DNA of 35,379 nucleotides, taken from positions 1 through 35,379 of the forward strand of contig PCSU01000039.1 of NCBI GenBank assembly GCA_002771355.1. Direction: 5' to 3'. The DNA comes from a candidate division WWE3 bacterium CG22_combo_CG10-13_8_21_14_all_39_12. Lineage in GTDB: Bacteria > Patescibacteriota > 4484-211 > GCA-002791395. Positions within the stretch are counted from its first letter, which is position 1; every line of letters starts with the position of its first letter. Positions 17,023 to 25,994 of this stretch are shown here, in pieces. The notes under the pieces were generated by a model, which worked only from the letters and a program-made list of their open reading frames with translations, did not search any database and was not told the DNA's origin. The position numbers and the translations under genes were made by a program.

Positions 17023-18870
17023 ATGAAACAGATATTTTATAGTTTTCTCCTTACGCTTGCGGTCACCCTTTTTATACCTTCTTCTGTTGAAGCAAAATCA
17101 TACTCTATTACCCAAGACATCTTTGAACTTAAGATCCAGAAAGATGGATCTGTGGAGGTTATTGAACAATTGACATATGACTTTGACGGAAGCTTTAGTT
17201 GGGCCGAAATGTACATTCCAACCACCAAGGATTCCCGTAAGACACCTATCTCAAATTTCACAATAACTACAACTGATGGAACGCCCATCACCATTAATAG
17301 TGCAGCTCAAGGATACGAAGATTTTTATGCAAACTGGTCTTATACTGCCAAAGATGAACAAAAAACGTTTGTAATTCGGTATAGTATTGAAAATGCTGTA
17401 AGAACCTACACCAATGTTTCTGAATTGTACTGGAAAATAATCGGTCCTGATTGGGATGTTCCCCATAAGAATATTAAAGTAACAGTAACACTCCCTTCTC
17501 CTGCCCCTGCAACAAGTGATATCTATGTATTTGGACATGGTCCTTTAACCGGACAATCTGAAATAAAAGACAAACAAACCGTACTATTCACTGCAGATTC
17601 TGTTGCCTCAGGACAATTTATGGAAATTAGAACCATCTTCCCCTCAAACCTAGTTCCAGACTCAGTAGTTTCTGGCACCACTACTATAAATACGATCCTT
17701 GATGAAGAAAAAACATATGTTACGCAAACAATTAACGCAGCCAAATCAGCTCAACAAACTCAAACACTTATAGTTTTGTGGGCACTTATCTATGCTCCGC
17801 TTGCTCTCATTATCTGGTTTATCTGGTGGTACAAATTCTGGAAAAAAACTGGTGAAGAATACTCACTCCCAGATATCGAAAAATATATGAGAGATTTGCC
17901 ATCAAATAGAAACCCGGCAGAAGTAGACTCCTTTTTATCACAAGGCAATAAACCTAACGTAAGGGCCTTTACGGCAACGATTTTTAGTTTAGCACAAAAG
18001 GGTTTCATTGAAATCACCGATAAACCAATCCAAAAAACGGGATTCTTTGGTACTAAACAAACATATGACACCAGATTAAAACGAAAAACGGATGAAAATA
18101 TATCTACACTTGCGCCATACGAAAATGATGTCCTTACGTTTATCTTTACTACCGTTGAATCTTCACCTGACGGGATCCTCAAATCACTATTTGGAAAAGA
18201 ACCAAAAGAAACTAAAACGGACAATGAGGTTACGATGGACGAAATTAAAGACTGGCTCAAAAGTAACCCGACAAAATTTCAAACATGGTTCAAATCATGG
18301 GCCGAGTCCATACAAAAAATGAGTGAGGATGTTATCGAGCCCGAAAGTATACAAGCCAATAAAAAGGCATGGATTGGAACATTGATCTTTACATTTGTTG
18401 GCCTTAACCCTTTGATAATCGTATTTGGTTTGATTCTCAACAGCCATATAAAACGATGGAAACAAAACTTAGCCAAAGAAGCACTCCAATGGAAATCATT
18501 TAAAAAGTTTTTAGATGACTTTGCTTCCTTTAAGGAATTACCACCAGAAAGCTATAAACTGTGGGAACACTATTTAGTTTTTGGAATTTTGTTTGGAAAT
18601 GCGCAAGGGATAATAAAAATGCTTCCCGTTATTCTTGAAAACCCCAATGCATCGTATCCGCTGTGGTATCACATGACAACGATTAACGGAATTAGTGACA
18701 TGACCCATACGGCAAGTTCAATATCTCAACTCTCTAATTCACTCAATGTATTAACATCAGAATTAAATACTGCCTCAACTTCAGCTGCACACTATTCTTC
18801 AGGAAGTGGTGGCGGATTTTCGGGAGGAGGAGGGGGTGGCGGTGGCGGTGGCGGCGGTGGCGCAGGGTAA
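17023..18870 (+). CDS. DUF2207-family membrane protein
   Basis: Signal peptide; DGSVEVIEQLTYDF and ELYWKIIG..W ectodomain motifs; TMs; LWEHYLVFGILFG; Gly-rich tail GGGFSGGGGGGGGGGGGGAG. Start set at ATG 17023. Confidence 0.92.
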   Translation: MKQIFYSFLLTLAVTLFIPSSVEAKSYSITQDIFELKIQKDGSVEVIEQLTYDFDGSFSWAEMYIPTTKDSRKTPISNFTITTTDGTPITINSAAQGYEDFYANWSYTAKDEQKTFVIRYSIENAVRTYTNVSELYWKIIGPDWDVPHKNIKVTVTLPSPAPATSDIYVFGHGPLTGQSEIKDKQTVLFTADSVASGQFMEIRTIFPSNLVPDSVVSGTTTINTILDEEKTYVTQTINAAKSAQQTQTLIVLWALIYAPLALIIWFIWWYKFWKKTGEEYSLPDIEKYMRDLPSNRNPAEVDSFLSQGNKPNVRAFTATIFSLAQKGFIEITDKPIQKTGFFGTKQTYDTRLKRKTDENISTLAPYENDVLTFIFTTVESSPDGILKSLFGKEPKETKTDNEVTMDEIKDWLKSNPTKFQTWFKSWAESIQKMSEDVIEPESIQANKKAWIGTLIFTFVGLNPLIIVFGLILNSHIKRWKQNLAKEALQWKSFKKFLDDFASFKELPPESYKLWEHYLVFGILFGNAQGIIKMLPVILENPNASYPLWYHMTTINGISDMTHTASSISQLSNSLNVLTSELNTASTSAAHYSSGSGGGFSGGGGGGGGGGGGGAG

Positions 18871-18894
18871 CGAAAGACCTCATGTCTTTCGTTA
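18868..18894 (+). terminator. Hairpin overlapping the DUF2207 stop codon
   Basis: TAACGAAAGAC-CTCAT-GTCTTTCGTTA, 11-bp perfect stem with no U-tract. Confidence 0.45.
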
Positions 18895-18895
18895 C

Positions 18896-18936
18896 GGAAG
18901 TGCCAAGTAAGGCACTTCCTGGAGTATTCAGTGGCT
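18896..18936 (+). repeat. 41-bp REP-like palindromic element, copy 1
   Basis: GGAAGTGCC-AAGTAA-GGCACTTCC-TGGAG-TAT-TCAGTGGCT; matches the reverse complement of 21252-21292 at 38/41 positions. Confidence 0.85.
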
Positions 18937-19001
18937 AGGAAGGATATCGTGGATATTCAGGCAAATGCGATTTTTACCAAACACAAGGTCTTGAGTTTTA
19001 C

Positions 19002-19436
19002 CTAATACTGAAAATACATACAAATATCATCACCATTTTGTGCGACATTGTATGAAGTTATTGTTCCATCAGGCCCAGCTGAACAAACGGAAGATTGATA
19101 AGCCCCACTCTCAGTATCAGGATGTCCATCATACAAATATCCTCGTCCCCATGGATCCAATGGAATAGACTCAACATATTCAGGAACAAGCCCACTTGCA
19201 TCCCACAAGGCAGTGGTAAAGATATTGCCTGAAGCATCTGCAGGTACGTTTGCCTGTTCTAAAACACGGTACCTTTTAATCGCATCAAACAATTCCTTGA
19301 TATCACTTTGAGCCTTCCCAACTCGAGAATTTTCGAGAGAACCTTGATAGCTCGCTATTCCAATGCCTGCTAACAAGCCGATGATAACAATTACGACCAA
19401 AAGTTCAATAAGCGTAAATCCTTTGAAACTGTGCAT
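19002..19436 (-). CDS. Type IV pilin / GspG-like pseudopilin (tandem paralog 2)
   Basis: G|FTLIELLVVIVIIGLLAG, PLDPWG, SAGPDG, GDDIC. Confidence 0.9.
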   Translation of the reverse strand: MHSFKGFTLIELLVVIVIIGLLAGIGIASYQGSLENSRVGKAQSDIKELFDAIKRYRVLEQANVPADASGNIFTTALWDASGLVPEYVESIPLDPWGRGYLYDGHPDTESGAYQSSVCSAGPDGTITSYNVAQNGDDICMYFQY

Positions 19437-19485
19437 TTTTTAACTATAACTAACTATGCGCGTTTATAATAGGGTACGTAGAATA

Positions 19486-19914
19486 TTATTCGTAGTACTT
19501 ACAAATATCGTCACCATTTGGCACTACGTTGTGAGATGAAAAAGTCTGGTCAGGACCCGCAGAACACACTGAAGTTTGCCATTGCCCTGGTTCTGAAACT
19601 GGACTTCCATCATAAAAATACGGTGTCCCCCATGGGTCAACAGGAACACTTTCCAAGTACTCTGGAACTAGTCCAGTTGCTGCATCTTCCCACACAGCAA
19701 CGGTAGAAATATTGTTTGGTGGTGGCCAATGCCCTTCTAATACAGAGTACCGTTTGACCGCATCAAATAGCTCTTTTACATCACTTTGAGCCTTCCCTAT
19801 GCGAGATCTTTCGAGTGAACCTTGATAACTTGCAATACCAATCCCTGCCAATAAACCAATAATGACAATGACAACCAGAAGTTCAATAAGCGTAAATCCT
19901 TTGGGGCTGTGCAT
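19486..19914 (-). CDS. Type IV pilin / GspG-like pseudopilin (tandem paralog 1)
   Basis: G|FTLIELLVVIVIIGLLAG, PVDPWG, SAGPD, GDDIC. Confidence 0.9.
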   Translation of the reverse strand: MHSPKGFTLIELLVVIVIIGLLAGIGIASYQGSLERSRIGKAQSDVKELFDAVKRYSVLEGHWPPPNNISTVAVWEDAATGLVPEYLESVPVDPWGTPYFYDGSPVSEPGQWQTSVCSAGPDQTFSSHNVVPNGDDICKYYE

Positions 19915-19949
19915 AAATTAATTGTATCTTATATCCCGAGGAAAATCTA

Positions 19950-20420
19950 CTATATGCTTTTGTGGTAAGAAAACTGAACATACAGAGCATATATGACACT
20001 GCTCGTTAACATACCAATTAACGCACCAACAATGACGTCTATAGGGTAATGAACAAATAACAATACTCTTCCAACTGCAACCAAAACTGCAACTCCAAAC
20101 CACACCTTGCGATTTGTATAATTATGGAGCCACAGTGTTGTAGCAATTGCAAACGCAACAGCTGCATGTCCCGATGGAAAAGATGCATAAGGGTTAACAG
20201 GTAACGTTAGCAGCTCAGTACCCAATGCCTGGAATGGTCGTGCCACAGGAAAAAGATACTTAATGATCGATACCCCAGTCCATGCGACCAACCCAGAAAA
20301 AAACAATTCAATAAACGTGCGCTTATGAGGTAAAAATAACGTTTTTAATCCAACAAAATATAAAACAATAAGTAATATCTCTCCAAAAAAGAGTCCAACT
20401 ATCTGATACAGACTTATCAT
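19950..20420 (-). CDS. PAP2-family phosphatase (BcrC-like undecaprenyl-PP phosphatase candidate)
   Basis: KYLFPVARP, SFPSGHA, GRVLLFVHYPIDV PAP2 motifs C1-C3; ATGA overlap with uppP. Confidence 0.9.
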   Translation of the reverse strand: MISLYQIVGLFFGEILLIVLYFVGLKTLFLPHKRTFIELFFSGLVAWTGVSIIKYLFPVARPFQALGTELLTLPVNPYASFPSGHAAVAFAIATTLWLHNYTNRKVWFGVAVLVAVGRVLLFVHYPIDVIVGALIGMLTSSVIYALYVQFSYHKSI

Positions 20421-21217
20421 GACACTAATAATAGTACAGAAACTGCTAGAGCCAAAACAATACGATACACAATGAAAATTTTAAGAGAATTGGTATTTAA
20501 GTATTTTAGCAACCAGTTAATTGCCCATACCGCAACGACAAACGTTACGATTCCTGCAATTCCAACAAAACCCCAATCCACATCTGGAGTTTGAACCAAG
20601 TCGACAAGTTTAAAAATACCTGCACCAAAAGTAATTGGTCCACCTAAAAGAAACGAAAACTTAGCAGCCACATGTCGAGGAAGTCCTCGAAACATACTCG
20701 CTGTAATGGTAACTCCCGATCGTGATGTACCTGGAATGAGTGCGATTGACTGAAACAGTCCAATAATAATTGCATCGAGCTCACCAATTTGTGAAAGGTT
20801 TTTGTCTGCTGTTTCTGACTGTCCAACAACTTTGACCTCTGTATAATTTTGCTCAACCCACCACATAAAAACTGCTACACCAATGAGCATGACAACAACA
20901 ACCCACGGGGAGCGTAAAACATCTTCAATGAGAGAGTCAAAAAGTAGTCCCAAACCTACGGCAGGAATAGAGGCAATAATTATTTTACGTAGTAACCTAC
21001 TCTTTTTCCATGACCGAAGCATGCTAAACCACTCCGCTCTAAAATAATAAAAAATCGCTAACGCAGTTGCTAAATGTAGCACCGCATCAACTGTGAGCCC
21101 TTGATCTTGCACATTAAAAATCTGAGGCAACAGTAACAAATGACCAGATGATGAAATAGGGAAAAACTCAGTTATCCCTTGAATTATTCCTAGTATTATT
21201 GCGTATACATAATCCAT
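20417..21217 (-). CDS. uppP: Undecaprenyl-diphosphate phosphatase (BacA)
   Basis: QGITEFFPISSSGH and ALIPGTSRSGVT motifs; AAKFSFLL. Confidence 0.96.
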   Translation of the reverse strand: MDYVYAIILGIIQGITEFFPISSSGHLLLLPQIFNVQDQGLTVDAVLHLATALAIFYYFRAEWFSMLRSWKKSRLLRKIIIASIPAVGLGLLFDSLIEDVLRSPWVVVVMLIGVAVFMWWVEQNYTEVKVVGQSETADKNLSQIGELDAIIIGLFQSIALIPGTSRSGVTITASMFRGLPRHVAAKFSFLLGGPITFGAGIFKLVDLVQTPDVDWGFVGIAGIVTFVVAVWAINWLLKYLNTNSLKIFIVYRIVLALAVSVLLLVS

Positions 21218-21251
21218 TGTCTTGATTATAGCCCCTCACCTATCTCTCACA

Positions 21252-21292
21252 AGCCACTGATCTCTCCAGGAAGTGCCTTACTTGGCACTTCC
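21252..21292 (-). repeat. 41-bp REP-like palindromic element, copy 2 (inverted)
   Basis: Minus strand GGAAGTGCCAAGTAAGGCACTTCCTGGAG-AGA-TCAGTGGCT, 15 nt after the serS stop. Confidence 0.85.
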
Positions 21293-21307
21293 TTTCAGCC
21301 TACGACC

Positions 21308-22582
21308 TCACCCAATAACATCTTTCCCCACCCATTCCCTCAAAACTTCAGGAACGATTACACTGCCATCCTCCTGTTGATAGGTATCTAAAATGGCAGC
21401 AATTGGACGAGTGTTTGTTATTGCCGTTGCAGAAATAGTATGTGGGTATACCGTTTCACCATCCTTGTTTTTATAACGAATATTAAGACGCCTTGAGTGG
21501 TAGCTAGCAAGATCAGAGTTTGAATGTGTCTCCATCCACGTCTGTTGACTGGGGAGCCACACCTCAACATCCCACTTTCTATGGGTGGCAAGGCCTACAT
21601 CTCCTGTACACATCTCAAGTACATGATAGGTAAGTCCAAGCTCTTGTAATATTTCTTCTTCGATTTCTAAAGCCTCTTTCATATACGCTTGAGAAGTTTC
21701 AGGCGTTGTAAAATAGATCATTTCAACCTTATCAAATTGATGAACACGTTTTATTCCTCGCACATCCTTACCCCACGAACCAGCCTCAGATCTAAAACAT
21801 GATGAAACCCCAGCATACTTAATGGGAAGATTGTTACCATCAAGCATATCGTCCATATGATACGAAACAAGGGCCTGTTCAGATGTCCCTACAAGGAATC
21901 GACGCTGTTCATCTTCTATCGTCTCACCTTGTGTTAGTTCATAAACCTGGTCATTCTCAGCTGGAAAATATCCGGTTCCATACAAAGGCCGTGATTTCAC
22001 AATCACAGGTGGAATCATGAGGCTAAACCCACGCTGAGTAACTTTTTTAATTGCAAAACTCATCAACCCCCAATGAAGTAATGCTGCATCGCCTTTAAGA
22101 AAGCTAAAGCGAGAGCCTGAGATCTCACCACTTTTGGTTACATCAATTAAATCTAAACGTTCACCGATGTCAAGATGTGACTGAGCGTCAAAATTGAATA
22201 TTTTCTTTTCTCCCCATACCTTTATCTCCTTGTTTCCTGACTCATCTGACCCAATTGGCATGCTTTCATGAGTAATATTTGGAAACCAATCCATATGTAA
22301 TTGCCATTTCTGGTCAACAACACGAAGATTATCTTCGATTTCTTTGATCTGTTCTTTTACCTTCCTACCTTTCTCAATTTCTTCAGAAGATGGTTTTTGT
22401 GTTTTTTGTGCACCGATATTCCTTAAGGCACGTAACTTCTCGACCTCTGTTGTTAGCTCACTTCGTTTTTTATCAAGTTCAAGGAAAGCATCAACATCAA
22501 ACTGTTCGCCTTTAAGATTACGATTTGTAATATTTTGTTTTAAGACCTCTGGATTGTTACGAATAAATGAAATGTCTAACAT
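21308..22582 (-). CDS. serS: Seryl-tRNA synthetase
   Basis: MLDISFIRNN start, LVGTSEQ, CFRSEAGSWGKDVRGIKRVHQFDKVE, QQEDGSVIVPEVL. Confidence 0.97.
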   Translation of the reverse strand: MLDISFIRNNPEVLKQNITNRNLKGEQFDVDAFLELDKKRSELTTEVEKLRALRNIGAQKTQKPSSEEIEKGRKVKEQIKEIEDNLRVVDQKWQLHMDWFPNITHESMPIGSDESGNKEIKVWGEKKIFNFDAQSHLDIGERLDLIDVTKSGEISGSRFSFLKGDAALLHWGLMSFAIKKVTQRGFSLMIPPVIVKSRPLYGTGYFPAENDQVYELTQGETIEDEQRRFLVGTSEQALVSYHMDDMLDGNNLPIKYAGVSSCFRSEAGSWGKDVRGIKRVHQFDKVEMIYFTTPETSQAYMKEALEIEEEILQELGLTYHVLEMCTGDVGLATHRKWDVEVWLPSQQTWMETHSNSDLASYHSRRLNIRYKNKDGETVYPHTISATAITNTRPIAAILDTYQQEDGSVIVPEVLREWVGKDVIG

Positions 22583-22599
22583 ATTTTATGCTATTCCAG

Positions 22600-23349
22600 T
22601 TACGACGTGGATGACCCAACTGCCTCAAGAATATACACTTTAATAAACATAAATACAATACCAACAGCCAACAAAACTCCGTATAACGGCGTCTTTGCAA
22701 TTACCCATCCATAAAGACTCCCGAGAATTGAAAGTGCCAATAATCCATTTCCAAGATTAATACTAAAAGACTTAAAAAAATGCCACACTTTTGCTATACC
22801 TTTTGAGGAATCATACACACTCACATGCTGTAACATCAAATCAGCCTTTGGTAACTCATCTTTTATTACCTCGATTACAAAAGCAAAACTCTCATCTGTT
22901 GAAACTAACTTAATATTCTCTGGATCATAAAATGGTGGTGCTACATAATGATTTTTTATTGCTCGAATAATAAATGACCCTGGGTTTACATTAAAACCAT
23001 ACTGCCCTAACCTGTTTGAAAATGTGACTTTTATGACTTCTTTGCTATCTTTATCCAAAAGCTCAACAGCTGCAAGTGGAATAATGTTTTTTGACACTGT
23101 TTCGCTACACAAACCCCAAACCGGTGTGTTACGTGCCAGACGAAAATCTGACAACAATTCATGAAGCAAAAAAGCGGGAAGATTCCAATAATACTTAAGA
23201 GGTAATCGTATCTCCACAAGTAAAATAGCAAACCCAAATGCTAAACCCACTAACACAACTAGTAATAATCGTTCTTCAACGAATGAAACAAGCGTGGGAT
23301 CAGATTGTAAAGCCTCTAGAAATTCAAAAACCCCTTGTATTATCTGCAT
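22600..23349 (-). CDS. Membrane protein with carboxypeptidase-regulatory-like (beta-sandwich) domain
   Basis: N-terminal TM, IPLAAVELL..TFSNRLGQYGFNVNPGSF segment, two C-terminal TMs. Confidence 0.65.
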   Translation of the reverse strand: MQIIQGVFEFLEALQSDPTLVSFVEERLLLVVLVGLAFGFAILLVEIRLPLKYYWNLPAFLLHELLSDFRLARNTPVWGLCSETVSKNIIPLAAVELLDKDSKEVIKVTFSNRLGQYGFNVNPGSFIIRAIKNHYVAPPFYDPENIKLVSTDESFAFVIEVIKDELPKADLMLQHVSVYDSSKGIAKVWHFFKSFSINLGNGLLALSILGSLYGWVIAKTPLYGVLLAVGIVFMFIKVYILEAVGSSTS

Positions 23350-23423
23350 ACTACCGTAATGATATCATAATATCCCGTCTAAATAGACAGGCAAAGATTG
23401 CAGTAAAAGAATTGATCCCCCTT

Positions 23424-23432
23424 TGCTATAAT
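23424..23432 (+). promoter_or_regulatory. Extended -10 promoter directly before the lysS start (leaderless-type)
   Basis: TG-C-TATAAT, then 6 nt, then ATG at 23439. Confidence 0.7.
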
Positions 23433-23438
23433 GACATT

Positions 23439-25505
23439 ATGGATGATTCTACACAACCTATTGAAATAATTCGATCAGAAAAACTAAAAAAAATAGCAGC
23501 AATTCGTGACCTTGGATATAACCCGTACCCAGCAGTTCTTGAATTCAAGATAACCCCGATTAGTACGGCTACCCAAAGCACCGATGGTGAATCAGCACAT
23601 GTTGCAGGTCGACTCACCAGTATTCGTGGTCATGGAGGAATTAAATTTGCAGATATTGCCGATGAAACAGGAACGATTCAACTTGCATTTAAAGATGATA
23701 TCTTATCCCCCACACAACGTGAACTTCTTGGGCTTATGGACCCTGCAGACTTTGTTGAAGTTTCGGGAGAATTATTTACTACAAAAGCTGGAGAACTAAC
23801 AATTAAGGTTACTGCTTTTAATCTTTTATCAAAAGCAATTCGCCCTCTTCCTGATAACCATGAAGGAATTAAAGACAAGGAAGTTAGATACCGCAAACGA
23901 TATCTGGACCTCATGATTAATCCAGAAACACGGCGTATTTTTTCTATTCGCCACAAAATTGTAAAAGGGATTAGGACCTTCCTTGACGAAAAAGGCCTAA
24001 CCGAAGTTGAAACGCCTGTTCTTCAACCACTTTATGGTGGCGCTAATGCAAAACCATTCACCACTCACATTAACGCCCTTGATACTGATGCATACCTTCG
24101 AATTGCTTCTGAGTTATACCTAAAAAGACTTGTTGTTGGAGGAATAGAAGGCGTTTATGATATTGCGAAAGATTTTAGGAATGAAGGTATTGACCAAACC
24201 CACTACCCTGAATTTAGTATGCTTGAAACCTATATCCCCTATATTGATTATCACGGAATGATGGATGTCATGGAAGAAATGATGCGTTACCTTGCTTTTG
24301 ATGTGTTAGACATGAATTCTGTAACTGTTCATGATACTCAAGTTAACCTTAAAGGTGTGTGGAAACGGGTAGTCATGACTGACCTTATTCAACAAAAACT
24401 AAACCTTGATCCCCTGACAAAAACCCAAAAAGAGCTTGAGGTTTTTGCTCGTGAAAACCACCTTGAGTTTGCAAATACGATTACAAAAGGTGAACTTATC
24501 TTTTTAATATTCGACAAACTTTGTGCAGATTCCCTGATTGATCCAACATGGGTTATTGACTACCCACAAGAAATGAGTCCATTGTCAAAACAACATAGAG
24601 AAAAAGAGGGCTTTGTGGAACGCTTCGAACTCTACATTGGGGGAGTAGAGATCATGGATGGCTGGAGTGAAATTAACGATCCTATTGAACAGCGTGCCAG
24701 GTTTGAGGCTGAAGCATACCGAAACCTTGGAGATGGTGAGCAAGCACAACCAATTGATGAAGACTTCTTAGAAGCAATGGAACATGGTCTCCCCCCATTC
24801 GCAGGAATTGGAACCGGAATCGAAAGATTAACAATGTTCTTTACCAATAACTGGTCCATTCAGGAAGTAATATTATTCCCTTTCAAAAAACCATTACCAA
24901 AAGACGAACCTAAAACTCAAATCAATGAAAATATTGATGGTTTACCTTCACGTGACAAAGCACATGAGCTCCTTACCAAACATGTAACAGATGACTACCA
25001 ACGACTACACGCAAAAATGATTGCTGCAGTTCTTGAAAACTATGCTATTAAAAATGGTGAAAATATTGATTTATGGTATCTTACCGGACTACTACATGAC
25101 CTCGATTACACAGAATATCCAGTAGAACACCCTCAAAAAGAATGCGACTGGTTTGTTGAATGGAACTATCCCCAACAACTGATTCATGCGATTGAAGCCC
25201 ACGCACATGAACGAACTAACGTTAAACCTCAGACAACACTCGCAAAAATGTTAGTCGCTACGGATGAAATAGCTGGTGTTATGTACGCATACGCCAAGTT
25301 ACGCCCCGAAGGATTTGTTGGTATGAAACCATCTTCATTTAAGAAAAAATTAAAAGACAAGTCCTTTGCACCAAATATTTCGAGGGAAGATATCGAATAT
25401 GCGCTTTCACATCTTGAAGGTGATGAGTCTGACCACTTTGCACTTATGATCGAGGTCTTTTGTTCAATGCCCGAACTTAAATCTGTTCACGCGGAAAAAA
25501 TATAG
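23439..25505 (+). CDS. lysS: Class II lysyl-tRNA synthetase with C-terminal HD-domain fusion
   Basis: OB-fold anticodon domain, RYRKRYLDL, YGGANAKPF, FRNEGID..HYPEF, GIGTGIERL; followed from about 24942 by an HD domain (GLLHDLDY, ATDE, KKKLKDKSFA). Confidence 0.96.
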   Translation: MDDSTQPIEIIRSEKLKKIAAIRDLGYNPYPAVLEFKITPISTATQSTDGESAHVAGRLTSIRGHGGIKFADIADETGTIQLAFKDDILSPTQRELLGLMDPADFVEVSGELFTTKAGELTIKVTAFNLLSKAIRPLPDNHEGIKDKEVRYRKRYLDLMINPETRRIFSIRHKIVKGIRTFLDEKGLTEVETPVLQPLYGGANAKPFTTHINALDTDAYLRIASELYLKRLVVGGIEGVYDIAKDFRNEGIDQTHYPEFSMLETYIPYIDYHGMMDVMEEMMRYLAFDVLDMNSVTVHDTQVNLKGVWKRVVMTDLIQQKLNLDPLTKTQKELEVFARENHLEFANTITKGELIFLIFDKLCADSLIDPTWVIDYPQEMSPLSKQHREKEGFVERFELYIGGVEIMDGWSEINDPIEQRARFEAEAYRNLGDGEQAQPIDEDFLEAMEHGLPPFAGIGTGIERLTMFFTNNWSIQEVILFPFKKPLPKDEPKTQINENIDGLPSRDKAHELLTKHVTDDYQRLHAKMIAAVLENYAIKNGENIDLWYLTGLLHDLDYTEYPVEHPQKECDWFVEWNYPQQLIHAIEAHAHERTNVKPQTTLAKMLVATDEIAGVMYAYAKLRPEGFVGMKPSSFKKKLKDKSFAPNISREDIEYALSHLEGDESDHFALMIEVFCSMPELKSVHAEKI

Positions 25506-25516
25506 AATTTCTATTT

Positions 25517-25990
25517 CTATGAATGAATCTTAATTATCTTATATTCAACAGAAGTATGAGGGAGCTTGATTTCAACAATATCTCCTTCTTTAAGACCCAT
25601 CAGACTAGTTCCAACCGGGCTCTCATGACTAACCCTTCCAATTGTTGGATCAGCTTCTATTGACCCAACAATAGTAAGTGTCTGTTCTTTTCCTCGAACA
25701 TCAACAGTAATGGTAGATCCAAGTTCAATATGTGCCTTTCCTGCAATATCTGACTTATCAACCACCTGTACTTTTTCTAAAACTTCAGTAAGTTCCAACA
25801 ATCTTCCTTCAATAAGATTTAGTGCCTCTCTGGCAGCATTATACTCATCGTTATCTTCTAAACTACCCATATCTCTGGCATGTTTTACTCGAACAAGCGC
25901 TTTAGGTTTACTCTCAGCTTGCAATCGTTTTTTTTCATCTAAAAGATTGTTGTAGCCTTCCCTTGTTACGTAATAAGTGTGATCGTCCAT
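25517..25990 (-). CDS. GreA/GreB-family factor, paralog with variant tip (GSLEDNDEY)
   Basis: TREGY..L, coiled coil, LGSTITV, IVGSIEADP..GRVSHESPVG..LMG. Confidence 0.88.
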   Translation of the reverse strand: MDDHTYYVTREGYNNLLDEKKRLQAESKPKALVRVKHARDMGSLEDNDEYNAAREALNLIEGRLLELTEVLEKVQVVDKSDIAGKAHIELGSTITVDVRGKEQTLTIVGSIEADPTIGRVSHESPVGTSLMGLKEGDIVEIKLPHTSVEYKIIKIHS

Positions 25991-25994
25991 ATTT

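Noticed and set aside
18806..18867. GGC/GGT-rich tandem repeat
   Set aside because: It encodes the normal poly-Gly tail of DUF2207 proteins; not an independent repeat element.
19002..19914. Diversity-generating retroelement or silent-cassette antigenic variation for the pilin pair
   Set aside because: No reverse transcriptase; differences are not adenine-specific and include many synonymous changes; both copies are complete genes with their own -10 boxes.
18896..21292. CRISPR array, or composite transposon/MITE, interpretation of the repeat pair
   Set aside because: Only two copies, inverted and 2.3 kb apart; no spacers, cas genes, transposase or evident target-site duplication.
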